Shown here: positions 39,198 through 47,649 of the stretch, piece after piece
Layout: every line of letters starts with the position of its first letter
How positions within the stretch are numbered: position 1 is the first letter of the stretch
Assembly (NCBI GenBank): GCA_049325595.1
Contig: JBMOLF010000007.1
Location: 32,001-96,000 of the forward strand
From: Candidatus Babelota bacterium
GTDB lineage: Bacteria > Babelota > Babeliae > Babelales > Vermiphilaceae
Length of the DNA stretch: 64,000 nt
Direction of reading: 5' to 3'
Made by a program: the position numbers and the translations under genes
The notes under the pieces: model-generated
Databases searched by the model: none
Told to the model about the DNA's origin: nothing
What the model saw: only the letters and a program-made list of their open reading frames with translations

Positions 39198-40016
39198 ATG
39201 TTTATTATGAAAAATATAAATAATTTATTTATGGCTGTGTTATTTTTAGCTTGTTATGCTAAAGCCATGGACTATGTTGAAAAGCGCGTTTCTTTTGAAG
39301 AATTTGAGCGTGAATTATGTCCAATTCATTTTTGTGCAGCTAATAATCGTGTTGATTTAATTCAACATTACTTAGACCTAGGTATCGATGTAAACATTAA
39401 TAATAATTCTCCTCAGGTAAGTCCATTAATGCTTGCTACATATTATAATGCAAAAAATGCAGCTAAACTTTTAATAGAACATGGTGCAGATCCATTTCAA
39501 CAAAACATTAAAGGAGTTAGCTCATATCAAGTAGCAACTCGAGAACAAAATAGTGAGCTTCTTGATTTGTTTAATGCATGGCGACAAAAAAATTCTATGG
39601 AATCTACCGAATCGGAGCATGAGCTGGAAGAAACGCTTAATAGAGTGATAGAATCTTTTTGGGCTAATGAAATGCAGTGCGATCAAGAATATTCATCACC
39701 TGAACCATCTACTAACAATAGTAGTATCGATTCACTCGAATATCAGACTCTTTCAAATGAGAATCTTATCCTTGTTAATACTAAGGAAAATTTTATTGAT
39801 TACATAGCCAAACATCCTCATTATCAATCGTTATCAAAAAGAAAAAAGAAAGCTTTGTTAGGAATTGTTAAAACAGAAAAGCAGAAAAAAGTTATTAAGC
39901 CACTAAAGAAAAAACGCAAATATAGATCAATAGATTATTCAGAAGTCAGTATACCTTCTTCGCTGCGACCAAAAAGTGGTCGTGTGCGAAGAAAGCCAGT
40001 TATTTTTGGCGATTAA
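39198..40016 (+). CDS. Exported ankyrin protein with basic C-terminal tail
   Basis: Signal peptide ...AKA then MDY; CPIHFCAA, SPLMLAT, LLIEHGADP; K/R-rich tail. Confidence 0.82.
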   Translation: MFIMKNINNLFMAVLFLACYAKAMDYVEKRVSFEEFERELCPIHFCAANNRVDLIQHYLDLGIDVNINNNSPQVSPLMLATYYNAKNAAKLLIEHGADPFQQNIKGVSSYQVATREQNSELLDLFNAWRQKNSMESTESEHELEETLNRVIESFWANEMQCDQEYSSPEPSTNNSSIDSLEYQTLSNENLILVNTKENFIDYIAKHPHYQSLSKRKKKALLGIVKTEKQKKVIKPLKKKRKYRSIDYSEVSIPSSLRPKSGRVRRKPVIFGD

Positions 40017-40042
40017 AAAGTAGTACTATTGCAAACAACGAT

Positions 40043-40076
40043 AAAAAAAGCGATGATATACCCATCGCTTTTTTTT
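40043..40076. terminator. Intrinsic terminator
   Basis: AAAAAAAGCGATG-atatacc-CATCGCTTTTTTTT. Confidence 0.8.
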
Positions 40077-40094
40077 ATAAAATAGGTATGTGGT

Positions 40095-42782
40095 ATGAAG
40101 CCGTATCAACAATCTGTATCGCAATTAGTTGAATATTACAAAACTAACCCTGAAAAGGGTCTTTCTTCTGCTCAAGTAAAAACACTCCAAAAAAAATATG
40201 GATGGAATAAAATTGCCCGTGTTCCTAAAACTTCTATAGTAGTTGATTTTTTTAAACAATTTACTAATCCATTAATTTATCTTTTGGTATTTGCTGCTGT
40301 GATGATTTACTTTTTTAGTGACCATCCCCATGAAGCATTTTTGATTTCTGGAATTGTGCTTTTTAATGCAACGCTTGGTACTATCCAAGCATGGAAAACA
40401 CGAAAAACTATTATGGGATTACTTGATTTTACTATTCCGCAAAATACGGTAATTCGTGATGGTAAAAAACAAGTAATCACAGCAGATCAGTTAGTGCCAG
40501 GGGACATTGTTACTATACGACAGGGAGAAAAAATCACCGCAGATGCACGCATTATACAAGCACATGATTTAACGCTTGATCAGTCTTCAATTACCGGTGA
40601 ATCTGGTCCTATAAAAAAATCGGCAGAAACAATAACACATGATACGTTGCTTGCTGATCAATTCAATATGGTTTTTCAAGGAACCTATGTAACCAGTGGC
40701 ATAGGAACAATTTTGATAACAGCAACAGGGAAAAACACCCAAGCAGGCAAGGTAGCAGAAAAAGTACATGAAATTATTACTATTGGCCCACTGCAAACAC
40801 AATTACAAAAGGTCACTTGGTGGGTATTAGTGATCATCATGAGCCTCACTATACTGCTTTTTGCGATAGGATTCATTTTAGGGGTTGATATCTATGAGTT
40901 AATGACGTTATTAACAGCTTTATTTGTGTGCGTTGTTCCTGAGGGGCTACCCGTAGTTCTCACCATAATACTTCTTAATGCTGCCTATCAATTAGCAAAA
41001 AATAATGTCTTGGTAAAAAATATGCAATCGGTGGTAAATCTAGGATTAGCAAATGTATTAGTGATAGATAAAACAGGAACATTGACCCGCAACGAGTTAA
41101 TGGTTGTTCAATTATTTGCCAATAATAAAAAATACGCCTTGTCTGGTTCAGGATATTATCAGGAAGGTGCTTTGTTTTATGAAGGTGAGAAAGTTACTCA
41201 TTTAGTTGAAAATGATGATATATGGTATATCGGACTCGCTGGTTATTTATTAAATACCACCGACGTAGTTTATGAATCGAAACGAAGAACATTTTATATT
41301 AAGGGTGATCCTATAGAAGCGGCCGTATATATTGCTGCACAAAAAATAGGCATAACTTCACCTATCGCTGATAACTATCATAAGCTTTATGAAATACCAT
41401 TTCAGGCGGCCTATAAGTATCATGCAGGTTTTTTTGAGCATAATGGACAAGGCTTAGCTTTAATAATAGGAGCACCTGAAGTACTTTTTAAAAAAGCTGA
41501 TAAGATGCAAAAAGATTTTCAACAACACATGGAAGATTTTTTTGCACAAGGGTTGCGTGTCTTGGCTGTAGCCGCTAAGACATTCAACCCTCAAGAAATT
41601 CCTCATGAACCTAATAAGCAAGAAGCCTATTTTCATGGGCTATTAAATAGTGGACTAACAATACATGGGTTACTTGGTATAGCAGATTCAATTCGTCCCG
41701 ATGCGGCTCATTTAATTACGGTGGCTCGCAAAGCTGGGTTAAATATAAAACTAGCGACTGGTGATCATCTGCGTACCGCATTGTATGTTGCGCGTCAGGT
41801 AGGAATTTATCGCGAAGATGATGAAATAGTTGATGGTAGTGAGCTTATGAAAATATCTGATGAACAATTAAAAGAACGTATGCATGAAATTACGGTATTT
41901 TCACGGGTAGCTCCTGATGATAAACTTCGTGTGGTTAATGCGTTACATAGCCTTGATGCGGTAGTTGCTATGACTGGTGATGGGGTTAATGATGCGCCAG
42001 CATTAGTCGCTGCCGATTTAGGCATTGCAATGGGAGGTGTTGATAAAGAAATAGCCCAACAATCAGCAGATATGATTTTGCTTGATGATTCATTTGCTAA
42101 TATTGTTAAGGCCATAGAGCAAGGTCGGCATATTCTTTCTACGCTACGAAGAGTCATTCTCTATTTTTTTGCAACTAATTTTGCCGAAATATTGGTAATT
42201 TTAACGGTATTTGTATTAAATGCATTAGATTCGTCACGTATGTTGCCCATTCCTTTAACGGCGGCTCAAATTTTATGGCTTAACTTGATTACCGATGGCT
42301 TTTTAGACATGGCATTAGCCCAAGAAGAACCAGAACGCCAAGAATTAATGTCGGCACATTGGCTTAAAAAAGCAACTGGACTCATTGATTGGCGATTATT
42401 AGCACATTCTTTTTTTATGTCATTAATTATGGCGTTGGGCACGGTATGGGTATTTTTGCAATTTCAAAATTCGGTTGTGCTTGCACGGACTATGACATTA
42501 TTAACGCTGGCGCTGTTTCAATGGTTTAATGCGTGGAATTGTCGCTCTGAAAAAAAATCATTATTACATACTAAATTTTTTGGTAACAAATGGCTTGTGG
42601 TAGCAACAATATTTGTTTTATGCTTGCAAGGATTAATTTTGTATGTTCCATCCTTGCAGCGTCTTTTTTCGGTAATGCCGGTAGGATGGTACCATTGGAT
42701 GTATGCTATGAGCGTAGCAGCAATTATTTTAATAGCTGAAGAAGTTCGCAAACTATTTATTAACAAAAACAAGCATAATTAA
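40095..42782 (+). CDS. P-type cation-transporting ATPase (P2A, Ca2+-type)
   Basis: TGES, VPEGLP, DKTGTLT, TGDH, MTGDGVNDAPAL, QILWLNLITDG. Confidence 0.93.
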   Translation: MKPYQQSVSQLVEYYKTNPEKGLSSAQVKTLQKKYGWNKIARVPKTSIVVDFFKQFTNPLIYLLVFAAVMIYFFSDHPHEAFLISGIVLFNATLGTIQAWKTRKTIMGLLDFTIPQNTVIRDGKKQVITADQLVPGDIVTIRQGEKITADARIIQAHDLTLDQSSITGESGPIKKSAETITHDTLLADQFNMVFQGTYVTSGIGTILITATGKNTQAGKVAEKVHEIITIGPLQTQLQKVTWWVLVIIMSLTILLFAIGFILGVDIYELMTLLTALFVCVVPEGLPVVLTIILLNAAYQLAKNNVLVKNMQSVVNLGLANVLVIDKTGTLTRNELMVVQLFANNKKYALSGSGYYQEGALFYEGEKVTHLVENDDIWYIGLAGYLLNTTDVVYESKRRTFYIKGDPIEAAVYIAAQKIGITSPIADNYHKLYEIPFQAAYKYHAGFFEHNGQGLALIIGAPEVLFKKADKMQKDFQQHMEDFFAQGLRVLAVAAKTFNPQEIPHEPNKQEAYFHGLLNSGLTIHGLLGIADSIRPDAAHLITVARKAGLNIKLATGDHLRTALYVARQVGIYREDDEIVDGSELMKISDEQLKERMHEITVFSRVAPDDKLRVVNALHSLDAVVAMTGDGVNDAPALVAADLGIAMGGVDKEIAQQSADMILLDDSFANIVKAIEQGRHILSTLRRVILYFFATNFAEILVILTVFVLNALDSSRMLPIPLTAAQILWLNLITDGFLDMALAQEEPERQELMSAHWLKKATGLIDWRLLAHSFFMSLIMALGTVWVFLQFQNSVVLARTMTLLTLALFQWFNAWNCRSEKKSLLHTKFFGNKWLVVATIFVLCLQGLILYVPSLQRLFSVMPVGWYHWMYAMSVAAIILIAEEVRKLFINKNKHN

Positions 42783-42868
42783 TCATAAAATAAGGGTTAT
42801 TTGACTAAACCCTTAAAAAAACTAGACTTAAAATTACATGAGAAATGTTTTTAGAAAGGTGTTCTGGT

Positions 42869-43510
42869 ATGAATACAAAAGTTACTGTTTTATCAATTTC
42901 TTTATTGTTAACTATACCCTTGGTTGCTGACAATAAAATTGTAGCGCAAAAAGATGTTCCTGCTTCTATAGCACTTGATAAATTGATTCAAAATCCACGT
43001 GAAGAATTGGTTAGCTTATCTAAAGTTGCTGAAGGTTCTACCTTAGGTCAAAATACAAAAAAGAAAATCGAAGATAAGCATAAATCTATCGTTCAAGAAT
43101 TACAGGCACTAAATGCTGATTTCGAAAAAGCAACAGCAGAATATTCTGCTAAAATGCCAGCGATGAAAGACCAAACAGCTCGCGCAAATGCAGAAAAAGA
43201 TCTCAATGCAAAAAAACGTAATTTAGAAGCAACTGCACAAGATAGAGATGCAGAATTGAAACAATTTTACATGGAACAAACTGAAATCGTATTAAAAGAA
43301 ACGATCGATGCTATTGGTACTCACGCAAAAGCTAAAGGCGATGTTGGTTCAGTAAAAGACATCGATACCGGCCGCGTTATTTGGGTTGCTGAAAATGTTG
43401 ACTTAACTAATGAATATCTTGGTGCTGTTGAAAAAGAATATAGCAACAAACTTAATGTAGCTAAAAATAGCAAGACACCTGCAACCAAAACCGCAGGTAA
43501 ATTATCTTAA
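42869..43510 (+). CDS. skp: OmpH/Skp family periplasmic chaperone
   Basis: Signal peptide; long helical arms; C-terminal VIWVAENVDLT pattern. Confidence 0.7.
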   Translation: MNTKVTVLSISLLLTIPLVADNKIVAQKDVPASIALDKLIQNPREELVSLSKVAEGSTLGQNTKKKIEDKHKSIVQELQALNADFEKATAEYSAKMPAMKDQTARANAEKDLNAKKRNLEATAQDRDAELKQFYMEQTEIVLKETIDAIGTHAKAKGDVGSVKDIDTGRVIWVAENVDLTNEYLGAVEKEYSNKLNVAKNSKTPATKTAGKLS

Positions 43511-43535
43511 TTTGATTATTTAATAATTTATACTG

Positions 43536-43569
43536 GTTGATGAGTTTAAACTCATCAACCTTTTTTTTT
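43536..43569 (+). terminator. Intrinsic terminator after the skp-like gene
   Basis: GGTTGATGAG-tttaaa-CTCATCAACC followed by T9. Confidence 0.85.
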
Positions 43570-43581
43570 GGAAAAAGTATA

Positions 43582-44472
43582 ATGAAGCCATACGTTATTT
43601 CCTTATCACACAATAATATAGCTCAAAATATTGCAGCACATTTTCAAGTATCACTACAAATTATAAATGCCACCCCTTTTGCTGATGGAGAATCTAATTT
43701 CTCTTTTCACAATTGGTCTAGTTTCAAAGATCAATCGGTGATTATTGTTCATTCAACCGGAAGACCAGCAAATGATAACATTATGAGCTTAATGCTCTTG
43801 GTAGATATTTTAAAAAAGCATGGGGCGCTTACCATTACTGCAGTAATTCCTTATTTTGGTTATGCACGGCAATGCCAAACAATTAACCATAACCCTGGTT
43901 CGGTGCAAGCGATTATACGATCATTAGAATTAATGGGTATAGATGAATTTGTTATGGTTGAATTACATAATCCTGAAATTATCGCATTATTTAACAGACC
44001 AGTTATTAATGTGTTGTTACCAGAAGTTATTGCAAGCCACATAAAACTCCATATTCCTGAATATCAACAATATTGTATTGTAGCACCAGACCATGGGGCA
44101 CACTATCGCGCACAGACAGTGGCAGCATTATTAGGGCTCGATCTTTTTGCTTGCAATAAAAAACGTTTTGATGATGAACATGTGCAAGTCGAATGTCCTG
44201 ATAGAAAGATTTATAAAAAAGCTATTATTGTTGATGATATTATTTCCACTGGGCACACGGTAAACGAGGTTATTAAGCAACTTGCTGATCATGGAATGCA
44301 GCAAGGATGGGGATATTTTATACATCCTGTGTTTGCACAAAATAGTTTGGATATAGTGACAAAAAACCCTTTTTTTGAAAAAATTGTTGTTGGTAATACA
44401 CTACCTTTAGCCCAATGTCCGGCTAACATTTTGGTTATGGAATGTAGTCAGGCAATAATACAAGAATTATAA
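43582..44472 (+). CDS. prs: Ribose-phosphate pyrophosphokinase
   Basis: FADGE, VIPYFGYARQ, VAPDHG, IVDDIISTGHT; start moved downstream of the terminator. Confidence 0.9.
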   Translation: MKPYVISLSHNNIAQNIAAHFQVSLQIINATPFADGESNFSFHNWSSFKDQSVIIVHSTGRPANDNIMSLMLLVDILKKHGALTITAVIPYFGYARQCQTINHNPGSVQAIIRSLELMGIDEFVMVELHNPEIIALFNRPVINVLLPEVIASHIKLHIPEYQQYCIVAPDHGAHYRAQTVAALLGLDLFACNKKRFDDEHVQVECPDRKIYKKAIIVDDIISTGHTVNEVIKQLADHGMQQGWGYFIHPVFAQNSLDIVTKNPFFEKIVVGNTLPLAQCPANILVMECSQAIIQEL

Positions 44473-44483
44473 ACAGAAAAAAG

Positions 44484-45032
44484 GTGCCCATGAATATGCA
44501 ACAAACTCCTGATATAAAAGTTATAATTGGTCTTGGTAATCCAGGTAAACAATTTGAAAAAACAAGACATAATATTGGCTTTAGGGTTGTTGAGGAATTA
44601 GTGCGAGAATATAATGGAACATGGCAAACAAAACCGAATATGGAACTAAGTTCCATAATGGTTGAAGGGCATAAAATAAGTATAATTAAACCACAAACAT
44701 TTATGAATTCATCTGGCAAGGTGATTCCTGAACTTACAAAACAAGGAATTAAACCTGAAAATATATTAGTAGTGCATGATGAATTGGAATTGCCATTTGC
44801 TAAACTTGCCATACGACTTGGCGGTAGTGCGCGAGGCCATAATGGCTTAAAATCTATCATACAAGCATGTGGGCCAGATTTTTATCGTTTGCGCTGGGGT
44901 ATTGCCCGTCCTGAAAATCGCGAAGAAGTCCCTGATTATGTGCTCAAGCCATTTGCTCAATCGCCAGCAGAAGTAGAACAGGGTATTCAAAAAGCGATGC
45001 AAGAATTAATACAATTTATTAACAAATCATAG
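44484..45032 (+). CDS. pth: Peptidyl-tRNA hydrolase
   Basis: IGLGNPG, TRHNIGF, KPQTFMNSSG, VHDEL, GHNGLKS. Confidence 0.96.
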   Translation: MPMNMQQTPDIKVIIGLGNPGKQFEKTRHNIGFRVVEELVREYNGTWQTKPNMELSSIMVEGHKISIIKPQTFMNSSGKVIPELTKQGIKPENILVVHDELELPFAKLAIRLGGSARGHNGLKSIIQACGPDFYRLRWGIARPENREEVPDYVLKPFAQSPAEVEQGIQKAMQELIQFINKS

Positions 45033-45050
45033 CTATAACATAGGTGTGGT

Positions 45051-46004
45051 ATGAACTATTTCAAAACAATAAGTTTTTTTTTAATACTGTGTATTCATTT
45101 GTTGCATGGCATGGAAGAAAATCTTGCTGAGTTAGCCTATCAATGTAATGCACAGCAATTAGAAAAAGTAATTACTCCTGAGAGTCTTATCCAATGTGAT
45201 AAACATGGGATTTCTTTATTTATGCATGCGGTATCTGGTGTTTTTGAGCACAAAAGATTTGATGATTTTGAAAAAACAATTTTATTATTCAAAAAACATA
45301 ATTTTAATTGTAATGCACCTTTAAACTCAAAAACAGAATTTACTCATTTATGTGATCTTGCAAATTTAAGTATAAAATTTACTCATTTATGTTATCTTGC
45401 AAATTTAAGTATAGATTTTTATACTTTAATTCCTTTAAAAATTGTACTGAAACATGGAGCAAATCCTTTTGAGAATGATCTTTCTGTTTTTGAGCAAATG
45501 AAGGTTCTTAGTAAGGACATACCTTATGCATCATGTATCGCAGATGAAATGGCTCTGTATGCAAATAATTTGCATGACGCTGCAAAAGGTGTCTGTGTTC
45601 CTGCAATGAGTAAATTTGTTAATAATAATTCTGTAAATGCAATTGATAATAAGGGCGCAACACCTCTTTATTATGTGATACAATATGCAGAATATGCGAA
45701 TAAGAAAAATTTAGCTGCAGCTATTAAATTATTAAAAGATCATGGTACAAATGTAAATGATTCTATTTCAGTATTAAAAGAGATACCCGGATCTACATAC
45801 ATGCATTACGCAACGTTGGTTTCTTGCAAAAACAAAAATTTGGATCTTATAGAAGCAATGCTTGAAAATGGCGGTTCTCCCTTAGCTGGTATAGGAAATT
45901 TTCCAATTGCACCTATACATTTTGCAGAATTCATGGCGTTAAAAAAACCTTTTTATAAAAAAATTTTTGAGTTATACAGCAATCATTTAAAAAACAATAA
46001 ATAA
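45051..46004 (+). CDS. Exported ankyrin-repeat protein with two-lobed internal duplication
   Basis: Signal peptide then GMEE; LKHGANP, GATPLYY, MLENGG. Confidence 0.8.
   Translation: MNYFKTISFFLILCIHLLHGMEENLAELAYQCNAQQLEKVITPESLIQCDKHGISLFMHAVSGVFEHKRFDDFEKTILLFKKHNFNCNAPLNSKTEFTHLCDLANLSIKFTHLCYLANLSIDFYTLIPLKIVLKHGANPFENDLSVFEQMKVLSKDIPYASCIADEMALYANNLHDAAKGVCVPAMSKFVNNNSVNAIDNKGATPLYYVIQYAEYANKKNLAAAIKLLKDHGTNVNDSISVLKEIPGSTYMHYATLVSCKNKNLDLIEAMLENGGSPLAGIGNFPIAPIHFAEFMALKKPFYKKIFELYSNHLKNNK
45337..45414 (+). repeat. 39-bp in-frame tandem duplication
   Basis: AATTTACTCATTTATGT(G/T)ATCTTGCAAATTTAAGTATA(A/G) twice, encoding FTHLCDLANLSIK / FTHLCYLANLSID. Confidence 0.9.
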
Positions 46005-46100
46005 GTAAAATCATTTTAAAATTAAACAAGGTATATAAAAAGCTATCCACGATTTAATACAATTTATTACAAAATAAATTTATTAAATCAGGATGAGTGA

Positions 46101-46577
46101 ATGAGTTATGTATTAAAAATAGTAATCCTAGTATCAGGAATGGCGGCTTTCAACATAATTGCTATGAGTAAAAGCGATTTAATTAAATGTGCCGGTAATA
46201 ATAATGCCGAAGAATTAGATAGGTGGTTAACGCCCGAGATTGTTAATATGCGTGATGATGACTACGGATATAGTCTTTTAGCGTATGCTATCTCCGGTTG
46301 TTTTGAGAAAAAAAATATTAATGATTTTATTAAAACATTGGCTGTTTTTAAGAAAAATAATGTTGACTTTAATGCCCCGGTTAAATATGGGATATGGCTT
46401 ATTCCTCCTCTTTTGTTTGCGGCCGGGTTGGGCGCCAATAACAATGATTTTAAACCCGTTGAAGCAATGATTGAAGCAGGTGCAAATCCACACACTATAG
46501 ATGGGGAAAATCGATTAATATTTGATAAATTAAGAGCATCATCAACTAAATATTCTGACCAAAACTCTCATTCTTAA
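46101..46577 (+). CDS. Exported ankyrin protein, short paralog of 45051-46004
   Basis: LTPE..SLLAYAISGCFEKKNINDFIKTL..FKKNNVDFNAP matches ITPE..SLFMHAVSGVFEHKRFDDFEKTI..FKKHNFNCNAP. Confidence 0.75.
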   Translation: MSYVLKIVILVSGMAAFNIIAMSKSDLIKCAGNNNAEELDRWLTPEIVNMRDDDYGYSLLAYAISGCFEKKNINDFIKTLAVFKKNNVDFNAPVKYGIWLIPPLLFAAGLGANNNDFKPVEAMIEAGANPHTIDGENRLIFDKLRASSTKYSDQNSHS

Positions 46578-46666
46578 TTGTGTAAAATAATAATTTTCAG
46601 CAAATCTAACAGTTTATTGCAAAAACTACCTTTTTTATTTTTCAATAAATCAAAAAGGATAGTTAA

Positions 46667-47047
46667 ATGATACATAAAATTACATTGTCTGTTTTATTGA
46701 TGCTAGGAGCATCGATCTACGGTTTTGAAATAACGGTAATTAATAAAACAGGATTTGATATTGAAGTATCGCGTATAATGCCCCCTTTGCAGGCTAAAGA
46801 CCAACATGGTAAACCAATAAAAATTATTGGCAAGACAAAAGTTCTTGCCGCAGATCAATCAGTGAAGTTGTATGCTAAAAATCATGGGTTGGCTGATTTA
46901 AGCGTGCAAGGAATTTATAAAGGACGAAAAGTTGGCCCCCAATCGTTAATTCGTTCTGCCTCAAAGACCGGGTTTACTGGTAATCAAGCAATTGAAGTTT
47001 ATTTTAGCGATAAGCTACAAAAATTTTATTACAAGAAAATAGGATAA
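46667..47047 (+). CDS. Exported small beta-rich protein
   Basis: AAGGA RBS; signal peptide; ITVINKT. Confidence 0.6.
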   Translation: MIHKITLSVLLMLGASIYGFEITVINKTGFDIEVSRIMPPLQAKDQHGKPIKIIGKTKVLAADQSVKLYAKNHGLADLSVQGIYKGRKVGPQSLIRSASKTGFTGNQAIEVYFSDKLQKFYYKKIG

Positions 47048-47061
47048 ATAATAGTTGTTTT

Positions 47062-47526
47062 TTATATGTCCTTAAAGATTTGGTTATAAATAGCTTCAAT
47101 AGAATTATTTTTTGGTTTATTTTGTTTAGCTAATATTGCTTCTGCTGCGCCTTTATATAGCTGTTTTAATTTATCTTGACCATTAACTTCTATGAAAGCT
47201 TTGATCGAAGGATATCCAGCTTTTTCACACACGTCTTCAATTGCAGAATTGATTTGTTGTTCTAGTTGTGCTCTTTGATACGATTGCGAGTAATGTTGTT
47301 GGATGTTATCAAAAATATTTTCTACGCAAGGCTGGATTAAATCAAAGCATTGTTCGTGAGCACCATACGTATTACTTCCGAGCCATGGAACTTCTATATT
47401 TTCTTGTCGACAAATGCCGCATTTACTTTTCAGAACATTTATTTTTTCAACAACTTTTATTTCTTTATATAAACCATATGAATGAAATGACACAAAACTT
47501 GCAAAAATTAATATATATTTTTTCAT
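47062..47526 (-). CDS. Exported hypothetical protein with CxxC...HxxC zinc-site motif
   Basis: Signal peptide; KCGICRQE...GAHEQC. Confidence 0.6.
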   Translation of the reverse strand: MKKYILIFASFVSFHSYGLYKEIKVVEKINVLKSKCGICRQENIEVPWLGSNTYGAHEQCFDLIQPCVENIFDNIQQHYSQSYQRAQLEQQINSAIEDVCEKAGYPSIKAFIEVNGQDKLKQLYKGAAEAILAKQNKPKNNSIEAIYNQIFKDI

Positions 47527-47649
47527 AATAAGCCTTTTACTCTAATCTTAGGTGTTGCCTGTAATTGCCCAGAGCAATATTTTTTACTTGCTTAAGACCA
47601 TGCAGTTTTAAATATCTTTTTACCAAGCAGTTTTTTTTCGATTACAGTG

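Noticed and set aside
37359..40016. Integrase-driven genomic island at ssrA
   Set aside because: No integrase or transposase gene, and no duplicated ssrA 3' end was spotted by eye in the window.
43537..43581. Track N-terminal extension of prs
   Set aside because: It coincides with a strong terminator hairpin and T9 tract; ATG 43582 is more plausible.
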